A stretch of DNA of 64,000 bases from Podarcis gaigeae (taxonomy: Eukaryota): the NCBI GenBank assembly GCA_964106915.2, contig OZ066915.1, one strand, 5' to 3'. The position numbers and the translations under genes are program-made. How positions within the stretch are numbered: the stretch's first letter is position 1; each line of letters opens with the position of its first letter. Positions 1 through 12,090 of this stretch are shown here, piece by piece. Under the pieces are notes generated by a model. That model made no database searches and was not told the origin of the DNA. It saw only the letters and a list, made by a program, of their open reading frames with translations.

Positions 1-232
1 TAGAACCTAGTAATTGAGGTTTTGCAGTCCTTTCCCAGAGCTATGGTTTTTAGCACCACAGCTTGTCTTGTGTAGTGTGTTGCTTTTCTCACTTCTCTCT
101 CATGGAGAAGAGTTTCCGCTTAGAGAATGAAGAGTTAGATCTGTGCAATCTTGTCACAAGAGTTTGCTGGCAGATTTTCACAGTTTAAGATAACACCAAG
201 AGAGCTGCTGCTGCTAACATTTAAATTATCAG

Positions 233-236
<4 letters not shown>

Positions 237-281
<45 letters not shown>
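237..281. repeat. (TA)n microsatellite
   Basis: Uninterrupted TA run. Confidence 0.95.
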
Positions 282-286
<5 letters not shown>

Positions 287-506
287 CTATTAGTTCCCAC
301 AAATATGTTGAACAATGTGAGCCTGGAGTCCACTAAGACAAGCCACCCTGAATACTCCTTCTTGAAATCTCAGCAAATACTGTGTTCCTAAATGTTGTGA
401 CAGGATAAACACAGCCACCGCCCATAGATACAGGAACTCTTCTCTGCATAACCTTTCCAGCATCTCTCAGCAAACTAATGCCACTTATATTTGACAATAT
501 AAGGGG

Positions 507-625
507 CAGGGGTGCCAACTTGAATATAATATGGAGAGGGCAGGTAAGCCTCACCACACATAATCGATCGCAAGATGCAACACAAACACATCATTTGAAT
601 GGTGATGCCTATCACCTTTGGGAGA
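507..625 (-). mobile_element. Fragment of non-autonomous DNA element (same family as 17008-17191)
   Basis: CAGGGGTGCCAACTTGAATA is the reverse complement of the end TATTCAAGTTGGCACCCCTG at 17172-17191; internal similarity continues for about 100 bp. Confidence 0.6.
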
Positions 626-720
626 CCTTCTCCCTCCTCGGGGAAAAGCCCCCAAGAGCTCTGTGCGCTCTTTAAAGGGAGCACGGCTTTTGCGGGCTTT
701 TGCGCGAGGTGGGGGAAGGG
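626..720 (-). mobile_element. Internal fragment of the large TA-flanked MITE family seen at 51644-52684
   Basis: CCTTCTCCCTCCTCGGGGAAAAGCCCCCAAGAGC...TCTTTAAAGG...GCGGGCTTTT matches the reverse complement of about 52415-52505. Confidence 0.7.
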
Positions 721-1717
721 ACAGAGGGAAAAGCCTGCAAGCGCCGCACACACGCTCCACGCGGTTCGTGAAAGGGAGTGCTGAGCTTGACAGAAACAGC
801 AACAGCACATAGCTCACAACCCTTTGGACTGAGTGATTAGTAATATCAATTGAATATTGAATAAATATAGTCAGCTGGGTGTTGAAATGTAGGCGTTTCA
901 GCAGTTCTAAGGGCCATTACAATGGTGGCTCGTGGCAGTGGTAAACGGGCATTTGAATCCTCAACAGATTTACTTGGAAATTGTGGGTCAAGCAAGTTAT
1001 GGTGGCGGCTGATCTTTATGTTCATAGATCTGCTCCCATCATGTAGAAAGAGAAGTGCTGGGTGTGGATATGCACCCAGAGTCTACCTCTTATGCAATCT
1101 GAGGGGCTTTTCTTCCCCACTGAGCTCATATACTATAGAAGCCTGCTTGGCTGGAAGTTTGGCTCTGTGAGGAGATCAATTTGGGGATGGGGTGGGGAGG
1201 TTCCTGCAGGCTTCACCCATGCACCCTTTTTTGCTGTTAAAAAACCTGACTCCTTCCCCCCCCCCCTTTGCCTCTAGTGTCTTGGCGTTGTCACATTAAA
1301 CTAATTCGAAGCTGGCTGAAAAATGGCATGCTGCAAATCTAAATTAAATTCTTTCCTTGATGAATGTGTGACAAGAAATTGAATCTTGCAGTCTGATTTG
1401 CAATTTTATTGTGCTTAAATCTATAAGAGGCGAGAGGGGGAGATTATTGTCAGCAAAACAAATTAGGGTCTTACAAAAACGTAAATAATGCAAGCTGCTA
1501 TTTCTTGACAACACAGATTTGTGTGTTGTAATGCTAACTAAAGCTCCCCCTTGAGTATTCTTCCCCACCCCACCCCACCGCGCACTATATGGGTCTCTGT
1601 GTGGTAGGGCTTTCCATCTCTCCTGTGTCCATGGGCAAGGCCATCTCTGGAGGTCAGCCTCATTAGGCAACTGTCAAGTTCCACTATCAGTTCCTGTGTC
1701 TGCTGCTCTCTGCTGTA

Positions 1718-1752
1718 GTTGCTGCTGCTGCTGCTGCTGCTACTACTACTAC
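1718..1752. repeat. (GCT)n(ACT)n compound microsatellite
   Basis: Seen directly. Confidence 0.9.
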
Positions 1753-1761
1753 CTGTTATGG

Positions 1762-2010
1762 AGAAGAAGAAGAAGAGTTTGGATTTGATATCCCGCCTTT
1801 CACTCCCTTTAAGGAGTCTCAAAGCGGCTAACATTCTCCTTTCCCTTCCTCCCCCACAACAAACACTCTGTGAGGTGAGTGAGGCTGAGAGACTTCAAAG
1901 AAGTGTGACTGGTCCAAGGTCACCCAGCAGCTGCATGTGGAGGAACAGAGACGCGAACCCGGTTCCCCAGATTATGAGACTACCGCTCTTAACCACTACA
2001 CCACACTGTC
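1762..2010 (-). mobile_element. tRNA-derived SINE, Squam3-type (CORE / L2-like tail), full length
   Basis: Minus strand has an A box (GTGGTGTAGTGGTTAAG), a B box (GGTTCGCGTC) and a (CTT)n tail; near-identical to the copy at 34040-34289. Confidence 0.85.
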
Positions 2011-2643
2011 CTTTCCAGGTGAGTAAGCAGGTAGAAGAGCAAGGGATGCTCCTGATTGGCATGAGTGAGAGAAAGAGGCACGGGAATGAACCAAGAGTCC
2101 TACTGAGAGCATCTTGACCAAGGACTCACACAACCATAGAACCAGCAATGCCATGGGCTCCCCAGAGCTTCAGACCCTAGCCAGCAAATAGTTTACCAGA
2201 AGCTAGAGCTGCCACTTCCCTGTGCCTCTGAGCCTGCCATTGCAGAGTCAGGCAGTGGCCTTTAAGGGTCCGGATTTGGTCCAGGAGCCACTGATTTGGT
2301 CCAGGTGCTGATCTCTGGCATGAGATCAGACCCCCCAAGTGCCCCTATTTTCCAGGTACAGTCCTGGATTTACAAAAGCCATCCCGCTTTCCAATTTGAT
2401 CCTGGAATGGCCTGTTTTCCTTGGGACGTCCCTATTTTCATCGGAGAAATGTTGGAGGGCATGGAGTTGTCCGACCCCTGAGCCAAGGAGATAAGTAACT
2501 ATGCAACCTTTAGAAGACATCTGAAGGCAGCCCTGTATAGGCAAGTTTTTAAATGCTTAATGTTTTATTATGTTTTTATATATGTTAGAAACTGCCCAGA
2601 GTGGCTGGGGCAACACAATCAGATACATGGGATATAAATAGGA

Positions 2644-2644
<1 letters not shown>

Positions 2645-2725
<81 letters not shown>
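2645..2725. repeat. (CTT)n followed by (AAT)n microsatellite
   Basis: Seen directly. Confidence 0.95.
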
Positions 2726-2829
2726 TGCTGCTGTTGTTTAGTCGTGTCCGATTCTTCGTGACCCCATGGACCAGAGCATGCCAGGCACTCCTGTCTTCCA
2801 CTGCCTCCCGCAGTTTGGTCAAACTCATG
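2726..2829 (-). mobile_element. Bov-B (RTE) LINE 3' end fragment
   Basis: Reverse complement matches the 3' end of 5882-6236; translation MSLTKLREAVEDRSAWHALVHGVTK. Confidence 0.85.
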
Positions 2830-3995
2830 GCATCCCTATTTTCATCGGAGAAATGTTGGAGGGTATGTGAGATGACTCTGTCTCCAGGGAAATCCAATAA
2901 ATATCAAGGTGCCAAATGGTGAGAACTGCACATAAAGAACAACACAACCTTTTAAAAAAATCTGCTGCAAGAGTATGGTACTTCTTAGTTATATTAAGTG
3001 CCGTGCTGTTAATCATTGACTTCTGTGCTGCTCCTTGCCAATTTTTGCCTGGCATAAGCAGCTGCCTGTATCAGGACTAGTCTACATGTTACTCTTGAGA
3101 CACTGCAGACAAGATGAAGAAAGGTCCCAAAGAAGCCTAGAGAGCCCTTGTACTGTACCTCTGCACTCCAGTCATCTATTGAAACTTTAGGCACCCAAGA
3201 GTAACAGCAACAGTGGGCGAGAGCTACTATCCAGAGATCCCCTGTGTAGGATTCCCAGCTGCACCTAAGACCTTCTGCATGCTGAGCACATGGTTTATCT
3301 GCCCCTGAGCTATAGTAGCAGGATGTGCAGATATTGGTAGGTGATAATGTTTCTCTCCATGCTGTGATAAGCAGCTCCTGATTTATGCAGCACAGGCCAC
3401 TCTGGTATCTGGTCAGCTTGCTTAATGAGAAGCAGCTACAGGAGTTGTTGCCCCCGAAGGTGCTTTTGTGTTCTGTGACAGTTTTTGAGCACTTCCTTCC
3501 TTTCCCCTACATTTCGAGGAGCTGGCTGACATTTTGTTATCAAAATAGCATGTTGAATTCTGAGGCTCTGCGTGCACCGAGACGACCTTAAGTTAAGCGC
3601 TTTGTGGCTGATGTGGGTCCTACACATTTATGCAAGCCACGGCAATGTGCATTATAGGCCCCTAATAGGAAATCGCTTCTGAGTAGTAATTAAATGCTCA
3701 CGTAATTCTTGGCTTGATAGGCTCCAGGAAAGAGATTAACTCTGTTTGCGTCCAGGGGGGTCTGGTGGTGATTCAGAGCTGCAACCCATTAAGAAAATGA
3801 GTTAATGCAAAGTTTCTAACTCTTTCCAATCATGTAATTAAATACTATTGCTCCCTAGCACTTGGAAAACAGGCTTATTTTTGGAAATAGAAGGGCGGCA
3901 GAGAAGTGGCATTCAGGGCACTGTGCACTGCAGGCTTTTTCAGGATGTAGGTTTATAAAGGAAGGAATATGCAGTTCTGTTGCATTTGCCCAGTA

Positions 3996-4130
3996 TAGTG
4001 GTACCTCGGGTTAAGTACTTAATTCGTTCCGGAGATCCGTTCTTAACCTGAAACTGTTCTTAATCTGAAGCACTATTTCTGGGTTAGCGGAGTCTGTAAC
4101 CTGAAGCGTATGTAACCTGAGGTACCACTG
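3996..4130 (-). mobile_element. Tc1/mariner-type MITE (family A), internally deleted
   Basis: TIR (C/T)AGTGGTACCTC...GAGGTACCACTG with TA on both sides. Confidence 0.85.
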
Positions 4131-4717
4131 TACTCAAGCCACAATGCATACGTTTCCCAGAAAATGCATTTCTTTCCCCAGTGAGTTTGTTGCCTTCTAA
4201 GGCTGAAAGTGGGGGGCGGGGTTTGCTTCATTTGGGACTGTATTGAGTGAGGAGGGGAGTTTAATTTTCTCCTCCCCAGTTGCAATACTGATGAAAATCA
4301 AAAATTGCTCCACACTGCAATTAATGAAAGCAAAAAACAACAACACCCCTCACGTTTGGCACCAGTTAAGTAATTTACATGCTAAAATGACTTCTGGCCC
4401 ATTGAAAGCCTGTTAGTTTTCACACTCCTGGGCAATCCTCAGTGGAAAAGCCTACTCAGTATTCTCCTGGGGCAAGACAAGCAGAGATGATGAAGCCAGT
4501 CAGATAAATTATACTTTAATTATCTGTCCTCCTTGCCCTTCCTTGATCATAAAGGGATTTTGTTTGCAGTCTGGATCGTTCTCCAGAAGATTTTGTTGCA
4601 TCTTACACATTGCTGACTCCTCATATCTGCTTCTGGCATGCTGTGGTCTCCTTGAATCTAGTAACTACTAGATGATGTGAGCTAACCTGACAAAGACTCA
4701 ATAGTCTGTGTGCAAAA

Positions 4718-4849
4718 CAGGGAAAGCCAATCTGGTGCCATCCTGTTTTGGACTACAACTCCCATGAGTGCCAGCAAACATGGCTAATGGGCAGTAGTGT
4801 TTGCAGTTGTAGTACACAATATCTGGGGAACACTATGTTGGCTGCCCCG
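4718..4849. mobile_element. Degenerate palindromic hAT-type MITE (GGACTACAACTCCC family)
   Basis: GGACTACAACTCCCAT...GTTGTAGT fold-back; similar to 13021-13156. Confidence 0.6.
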
Positions 4850-4970
4850 GTGTAAAATAATCCACAGTGGATCCTACCAGGCAGGATGGGGAGTCAGAAC
4901 AAATGGAGATGGGTTTCTGCCCAGATTATTCTAAGCATTAACAGAGTGGCAGTCGGTTGTTCAAGTATTA

Positions 4971-5055
4971 TCTGGGATAGCTCAGTCTGTAGAGCGTGAG
5001 GCGCTCAATCTCAGGGTCATAGGTTTGAGTCCTATGTTGTGCAAAACATTCCTGC
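4971..5055 (+). mobile_element. tRNA-Lys-derived SINE head / decayed tRNA-like sequence
   Basis: Resembles tRNA-Lys(CTT) TAGCTCAGTCGGTAGAGCATGAGACTCTTAATCTCAGGGTCGTGGGTTCGAG with many CpG-type changes, followed by SINE-body-like AAAACATTCCTGC. Confidence 0.7.
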
Positions 5056-5881
5056 TTTGGATTAAATTACTATCGTGGGTCATTTAATGAGCACTGCATT
5101 TATAAGGACTTCTGCGCCGATCAGCTATCGCTTTTTGTTATCTACACGATATGGTGTAAATAGGGTCCCAGTATTGGTGGTTGGAGAATTTCCTGCCCCC
5201 TCCTTTTTTGGGGGGGGTGGACTTTAGCAAACTGCCTCACCACCTGATCACTCAACAAGAAAGGCAGCTTGCTCTGTGGCACGCTATTAATCTCACTTGC
5301 TCTCAGAGCACCTTCTCCAAGACTTAAAAGCATTCCTCACACCGCAGATGGATCCTTGTTTGGGGCATGGGTTAACTCAGCATGGTATGTTCTGCGGTTA
5401 AAACTATACAGAGCCTCAAAATTGTAGCAGTTCAGGATCAACAAGCTGCCATGGGAAATTCTGCTGTAAATAATTAACAAGACTAAAAGGGTACGGATTG
5501 ACAGAATGGACTGAGCTGGACAGAGGGCACACTCTCTGGGTATCAGGAGACCACTGGCGTCAGAAAAAGGGCTGGAATCTTGTCGTTTAAGGATGCAAGT
5601 GCCCCCCAGGTAAGACCCTCTCTTTCTAGGTTTAGATTTCCACTTCCGCACCTACTCTCCTTTCTTATCATGTTTTAAAAGAACAATAGTGGCCTGAGTG
5701 GTCACATCAGAGGGAACACGTTTGTGTTACGCATTTAGTACAGGTTAATTGCATTGGGATCCTCTCAGGGTAGCTGCGGCTACCTGTGGATCTGTGAAAG
5801 CAAGAGAAAATGGTGTGGCATCCTAAAAGACAAAGGTCTTTTCAGATGAAACCTTTCATTATACACCGTTAGGCTCCTGGC

Positions 5882-6236
5882 TGGTGCTGGAGGAGACTCT
5901 TGAGAGTCCCATGGACTGCAAGAAGAACAAACCGATCCATTCTTAAGGAAATCAGCCCTGAGTGCTCACTGGAAGGACAGATTGTGAAGCTGAGGCTCCA
6001 ATACTTTGGCCACCTCATGAGAAGAGAAGACTCCCTGGAAAAGACCCTGATGTTGGGAAAGATGGAGGGCACAAGGAGAAGGGGACGACAGAGGACGAGA
6101 TGGTTGGAGAGTGTCTTCGAAGCTACAAACATGAGTCTGACCAAACTGCGGGAGGCAGTGGAAGTGCCTAGCGTGCTCTGGTCCATGGGGTCACGAAGAG
6201 TCGGACACGACTAAATGACTAAACAACAACAACAAC
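5882..6236 (+). mobile_element. Bov-B (RTE) LINE, 5'-truncated insertion
   Basis: ORF RVPWTARRTNRSILKEISPECSLEG...LQYFGHLMRREDSLEKTLMLGK is the Bov-B ORF C-terminus; (CAA)n tail; 11-bp TSD AGGCTCCTGGC at 5871-5881 and 6237-6247. Confidence 0.93.
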
Positions 6237-6553
6237 AGGCTCCTGGCAAAAATGTTCCTCTTTAACCAGGCCTTGGGCTGATTGACATCCAGTGACCTTT
6301 TAAAATGTGTTGTGGAAGGGGGGATTATTGCGTTGTTCTTGTTCTTATTATGTATTTTGAGTTTTTATATTGTGATTTTATGCTGTGAACTGCCCTGTGA
6401 CCTGCTGGTAAAGAACAGTATACAAATAATAAGAATAAGAATACTGGAGATAACAGTGTTCTGGTTGTTAGCACTTTCCTTGCACTAGCCAAATTAAGCG
6501 AAATTGCTGTGCTAACCAACAACAGAAAACTGGAATGGAGAAGTCTAGCATTA

Positions 6554-6819
6554 CAGTGGTACCTCGGGTTACAGATGCTTCAGGTTACAGACGCTTCAGG
6601 TTACAGACTCCGCTTACCCAGAAATAGTACCTCAGGTTAAGAACTTTGCTTCAGGGTGAGAACAGAAATCATGTGATGGTGGCGTGGCGGCAGCGGGAGG
6701 CCCCATTAGCTAAAGTGGTACCTCAGGTTAAGAACAGTTTCAGGTTAAGAACAGACCACCAGGTTAACAGAACAGACCAGGTTAAGAACGAATTAAGTTC
6801 TTGACCCGAGGTACCACTG
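6554..6819 (+). mobile_element. Tc1/mariner-type MITE (family A)
   Basis: TA-CAGTGGTACCTCGGGT...ACCCGAGGTACCACTG-TA; internal CAGGTTAAGAAC subrepeats. Confidence 0.9.
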
Positions 6820-7650
6820 TACTGTGGTGTGGGATAGTTCTCCCTGCCGCCTTTTATGTACACTTGAGAACTGTTCAGGGTTCTCAACTTCCAAAAGGGG
6901 ACAAAATTATATTAAACAAAAACAAAAAACAAGAACCAGGGGCTCCAACTGTTACAAGAAGGCAAAGATACTTGGCAGTTCTGTCATGGGCAATATCCAG
7001 TAAGTGCCCGTGTCACTATTGCAAGGAAAAACGTTCGTGAAAACGGTGCTTTCTGGGTCCAACAGTTCCCTCTAATCTACCAGCAACTTCATTCGATGAT
7101 CTGAGTTGGTGGTAAACAGCTTTTCTCCCTCAGCAAGAATGCTTTGCTGGGTTTGCTTCAGGGCTTGCAAGGTGCTGCAACAACTTCAGTTAAATCATGC
7201 AGAAAGGCCCTAATAGGTTAATTGCGATATGGGGATTTGAACATAATGGCTAATGCCCTTGAGGGGGTGTGTGTGACCTACAAGGCCTTATACTGCATCA
7301 AACCAGTTGGCCCCATAAAGAGTGTCAACTCACTCCCCCCCTTTTTTTTACTGCTATAAACAAAGGCACAATTCATATATTCAGTCATATAACCCGCTTC
7401 CCCATGCTTTGGTCCCACATTGCTTCCATAGCAGTTGATGATGTGAGGCTGTGCAGAACATGGTACTTTTTTCCCAAACCATCAACAATGGCTGTATTGG
7501 AAAGGACACATTGCTGGGGGAACAACATGAGCAGTGTGTGGCCACGGGATAAAATCTGTACAAGGTACTGAGGTGATGTGAGGGTAAACTGTGAGGAAGT
7601 GGTTTTCCAGTGGCTACCATCCAGCTGGTTTTAAATGAATCAGGCCTAGT

Positions 7651-7718
7651 CAGGGGGTTGGACTCGATGGCCCTTGTGGTCTCTTCCAACTCTATGATTC
7701 TATGATTCTATGATTCTA
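7651..7718 (+). mobile_element. CR1 LINE 3' terminus
   Basis: GGGGGTTGGACTCGATGGCC...CTTCCAACTCT followed by the (ATGATTCT)n CR1 octamer tail. Confidence 0.85.
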
Positions 7719-9540
7719 GTCTGGTAATTGTTTCGGATTTTGTCCCCACTGAGCTGTTCTTCTACAGAGCACCACAGACGGAGATAAGGGGAAATACTTG
7801 CTCGGGAACAGGGCCAGAAAGCCTAGGTCAAGGGCACATTTGGAGGAGCCGACCCAGAGTCCTTTCACGAGTAGGTTTCGACACACTCTTTGCTTGTCAC
7901 CCTTTCAGCTGTTGACAACATGCCTCTGTCAGAAAACAAGGTGTTCCAATGGCCTCTCCGTCTCCCTGTGTGTGCCAGAGAATGAGCAAAGGATACAGTT
8001 CGGCAGCAGTTTATCCAAAGCACTAATAGTGTTGATAAAAGGAAACGTTTTCTGCTTCCACTTGGTAAGTGAATTTCTTTTCGGTTTGCTCAGGGAACAA
8101 TGTTTGCTTTTGCCCGAGGCATCAGGGATGCTTGCCTAGCTCGGAGCTCGCTGTGAGGGAAACTGAAAATACACATTGCAACAGACGGTTTTAAGAGCCT
8201 GAATGCTTATTGGGCCAGGCACATGAATAAAAGCGGTATCTAGTATAAAGCTGAACCTCAGGCGTTCCTTATGTCTGGAAGACCTGGCCGTGTATGCCAA
8301 GTTGCATCCAGTTATAATATAAGAAGCAGAACGCAGCAGTTTTTTCCTGTGAGAATATACTGGAAAGTTCAGGCACGTACAAGAAGTCTGGCTCTTTGCA
8401 CATGCTCTCAGAAACTAAATGTGGATGCTTATAGGTTAAGTTGTGATTCTGATCTGCATTTGGAATTGTGGAGAAAGAAACAGGGCTCTCTGGGATCTTT
8501 CCATTTTGCCACAAGGCTACTGCTGCCTTGGTCATGAGGTGGTGAAGGCATAACAGACATTAAGGTTCAGTGGTGTGTGGCGAGTGGATGAGGGGGACTA
8601 GGCTTGTTCCTGATAAATTAGAGTATTAAAACATTAAAACCTCCTTCCCAAAGCCCGGAAAGCTTCTGCCCAGCTCAGGAAGCGGGAGTGCAATGCTCAA
8701 ATGCAGGACCTCACAATGTAAGCACCCGCCGATTCCCCTCGTGAGCTGGTGCCTCTGGCCTTAACTGTTCCCCTATGAAAAAATTTGCTGCCATTGTTAA
8801 AATCTTAAGAGAATTTTCCTGTGAATGTATTCTCTTTGCTTTGTAACAGACACATTTCCACATCAGCTTGGTCCACAGTTCTAGATATATTTTTAAAAGA
8901 AAAGGCAACAATAAATAGTGACCAGGGGTGGAGGAAAAAAATGAAATAACAGATGATGAGCCATTCATCCCCAGCTTGGAATTGTAATACTCTTACATAA
9001 TCCCATCAAATGCAGGCTCATATATCTATCTTATTCTAGATGTGAAGGAACAGGCAAAGCACAGAAGTGTTTCCACCACATGATAAATAAAGCGACTTGT
9101 CATGTTCCCAGAACTCCTCTTCTTCATCATTCCACAGCTTATAAATAGGCAGTAGCAATAGATAGCAATAGATGTATGATTTATGGCGGGGGAGCTTTGG
9201 TTCAGTTCTTACCACACTCACCTTGGCTGCACACCTAGACAGACTTTTTCGGATGTATCACTCACTGGAATAGCAACCGTGAGTGTAAAATGTGCAAAAA
9301 GATGTGGCTAGCCAGTTAGCCTGTGTATCCCTGTTCTGCTTAAACAAATCATACACTTTTAAAAGTACGACTCAAGCGAGATTGGGGCACTTATATATGA
9401 CTGATGCAATTTACATGGTAAGATGTATATTAAGGCTTCTGTTAGTTCCACAGTATGTAAGTATTTCTATCCCGCCTTTTCTCTAAGGAGCTCAAGTATT
9501 ATACCTGCTTCTCCTCACCCCCCCCACCCCCGCCATTTAA

Positions 9541-9784
9541 AGGTAAAGGGACCCCTGACCATTAGGTCCAGTCGTGGTGCTCTCTGGGGTTGTGGCACTC
9601 ATCTTGCTTTTTTAGCCGAGGGAGCCGGCGTACAGCTGCCAGGTCATGTGGCCAGCATGACTAAGCTGCTTCTGGCGAACCAGAGCAACGGGAGCTCACC
9701 CCGTTGTGGGGATTCGAACCACTGACCTTCTGATCAGCAAGTCCTAGGCTCTGTGGTTTAACCCACAGCACCACCCGCATCCCT
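9541..9784 (-). mobile_element. Sauria (Squam1) SINE with internal deletion, inserted into an older SINE
   Basis: Matches the other Sauria copies; flanked by 51-57 bp direct repeats at 9484-9540 and 9786-9836. Confidence 0.88.
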
Positions 9785-10747
9785 ATAAGGAGCTCAAGTA
9801 GTGTACCTGCTTCTCCCCCCCACCCCCGCTATTTAATCTCCACCAAAACCCTGTGAAGTATTTTATGCTGCAAAAACAGGTGACTGGCCATAGGTCATGG
9901 CTGAATGGGGATTTGAATCCTGGTCTCCCAGTTCCTACTCTCAGATACTACCCGTTATGCCACGCTGGTGTAGTGGGTACTCTCCCCAGGCTTCGCACTT
10001 GAGTGTTTTTGCCCATCCGCCATATGTCCTTGATTTCCGATAATGCCTCTTGCTTGTCTGGTTGGAGGATAGAGAAGGATGTGTGAATGTGTGTAGAAAA
10101 TGGCACACTTTCCAAAGGTACAATTTACATTATGTTCAGTTTTGGATAGTTACAGAAAATGGTTACTGTTGCGTTCTAGTGGAGTTCTATATAAGCAGGC
10201 TGGCTGAACCCTTCAGTTCAGTTCTGTTCTGGCCTGTGAATAAACAAGAGCTGATTGAAGAATCGCTGTGTCATCTGATATGTTCACCCACAACTTAACA
10301 CAAATCTTCTAAGTTTTACCATCCATTTTAGAGAAGGACTTCCGCCAAAGTTGGTTGATATTTATTTATTTCGTAAAATTTACACACTATGTGATTGTAA
10401 AAAAATCTAACCCCAAAACCAAAAACCCTCAAATTGGTTTACAGAAACCATATGACCAGTCATACATACAACTGTTGCTATTGCAATTCACTTGCGCTTG
10501 ACAGATCTGTGTTTATTATTAGCATGCTTCCGAGCTTAAAAAAGAAAACTGATGCATTTATCAAGGCTTAGTTTCAAATTTTAAAAGAGAGGCACAATTT
10601 CTAGTCTTCGTGTTTGTAAAAGAAGAAGAAGAAGAAGAAATCAATAAACCTTTAACACCCATATTGGGGCTTAATGTGGAAGGAGCAAGAGCAGGACCCT
10701 TTTACCAACTCCTTTCTCTGTGGGCACTGCCTCTGACAGCCACCTAA

Positions 10748-11041
10748 GGGATGTGGGTGGTACTGTACTCTAAACCACTGAGCCTCTTGGGCTTGGTGAT
10801 CAGAAGGTCGGTAGTTCGAATCCCCACGATGGGTGAGCTCCCATTGCTCTGTCCCAGCTCCTGCCAACCTAGCAGTTCAAAAGCACACCAGTGCAAGTAG
10901 ATAAATAGGTACCACTGTGGCAGGAAAGGAAACAGTGTTTCTGTGCGCTCTGGTTTCCATCATAGTGTTCCATTGTGCCAGAAGCGGTTTAACCATGACC
11001 TGGAAAGCTGTCTGTGGACAAATGCCGGCTCCCTCGTCCTG
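10748..11041 (+). mobile_element. Sauria (Squam1) SINE, 3'-truncated
   Basis: GATCAGAAGGTCGGTAGTTCGAATCC B box; GTGCAAGTAGATAAATAGGTACC core. Confidence 0.88.
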
Positions 11042-12090
11042 CTTGGAATATAACTGTTGAGCAGCAAATGTAACTTACTTCATGGGAAAAACCCACAAAT
11101 TATTAGTACGAAAATAATTTTAATGTATGCACATTAAAATTATTTGCATTGAAGGGGATAGTTTTAAACACACACACACACACATATCCATATTTTTTAC
11201 TTGCCATTATATTGTGATCTTTATATTTCTGCTACTTTGGTGGGCTAAAATGTGCATATACCGTATATCTCAGCTTCTAAGCCTCATGATTCCTCCTGTT
11301 CATGACATTTAATCCAGTGTCTTCTAGTGGCCTTCATGAGGCCTAGACTCCATTTCAAATGAAGTCTGTGTGACAAAGGTGTTGGTGAGTCCTTGCATTT
11401 TAACTGGAGATTGGCCTTGGCTTTTCCACAGAGGCGTTGTTTGAATCCAAGGAGAACGTTTTAAAATCTGTAACATCCACCTCTGCAAATCTAGTATCCC
11501 ATTCACTAGGACACTCGTGGCAACACCATCTGCTCTTCTGTCGTGCTGATATCATGGGCTTTCTTTTTATTGAAAAAAATGAAGCTTATTTGGATATTTA
11601 TTTCTCATCTGTTTCTTTGGGAAAGGTCATTTCCCTGCCTTATGGGTTATTTATTATGCTAGTGATTATTCCCCTGAGCTCCTGAAATCCTGCTCTCTTA
11701 ATATCGTATGGATTTGTAGTATGCCAATTGAACCTTATCCTTCTCTCCTGGGTATCAATACGCCGCCTTTCATCTTAATTCCCTTAATTCCCAGCATGAT
11801 TTTGCCTCCTTGATAGGTGGCGAGGGAGGTGGAAAAGGAAAGCTAGAACTGAACTGCCACCTGAAATCTCACGGGAACCCAGTGAAGAGTCTACCTTTCT
11901 AACCTAAACCACCCCTCCTGTCTGAACTGCTGCTTGTTAACTGACTCTTGCTTGATAGACAGGGTGTGTAGGCAGTGTTAACTCTTGACACAGTTATCGC
12001 ATGCAGCGAAAGCATTGCATCCGGTTCTGCTTCTTCTGTCTTCCTTGCAAGAGTCGAAGGCTGCTTCTCCAAGAACCAGTTCCTTGTAAC

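Larger units (their letters stand above)
2327..2867. mobile_element. Composite TIR element with 6-bp TSD (TGAGAT)
   Basis: Left end CAGACCCCCCAAG; right end GTTGGAGGGTATG, duplicated internally at 2428-2463; TGAGAT at 2321-2326 and 2868-2873. Confidence 0.65.

Noticed and set aside
4971-5043. Functional tRNA-Lys gene (also 16209-16274, and tRNA-Ile-like 19974-20033)
   Set aside because: Acceptor stems, anticodon arms or B boxes are disrupted and there is no clean Pol III terminator; these look like SINE heads or decayed copies.
6554-6819. CAGGTTAAGAAC subrepeats as a CRISPR-like array
   Set aside because: Eukaryotic context, irregular spacing, and the repeats are inside a TIR-bounded MITE present in many copies.
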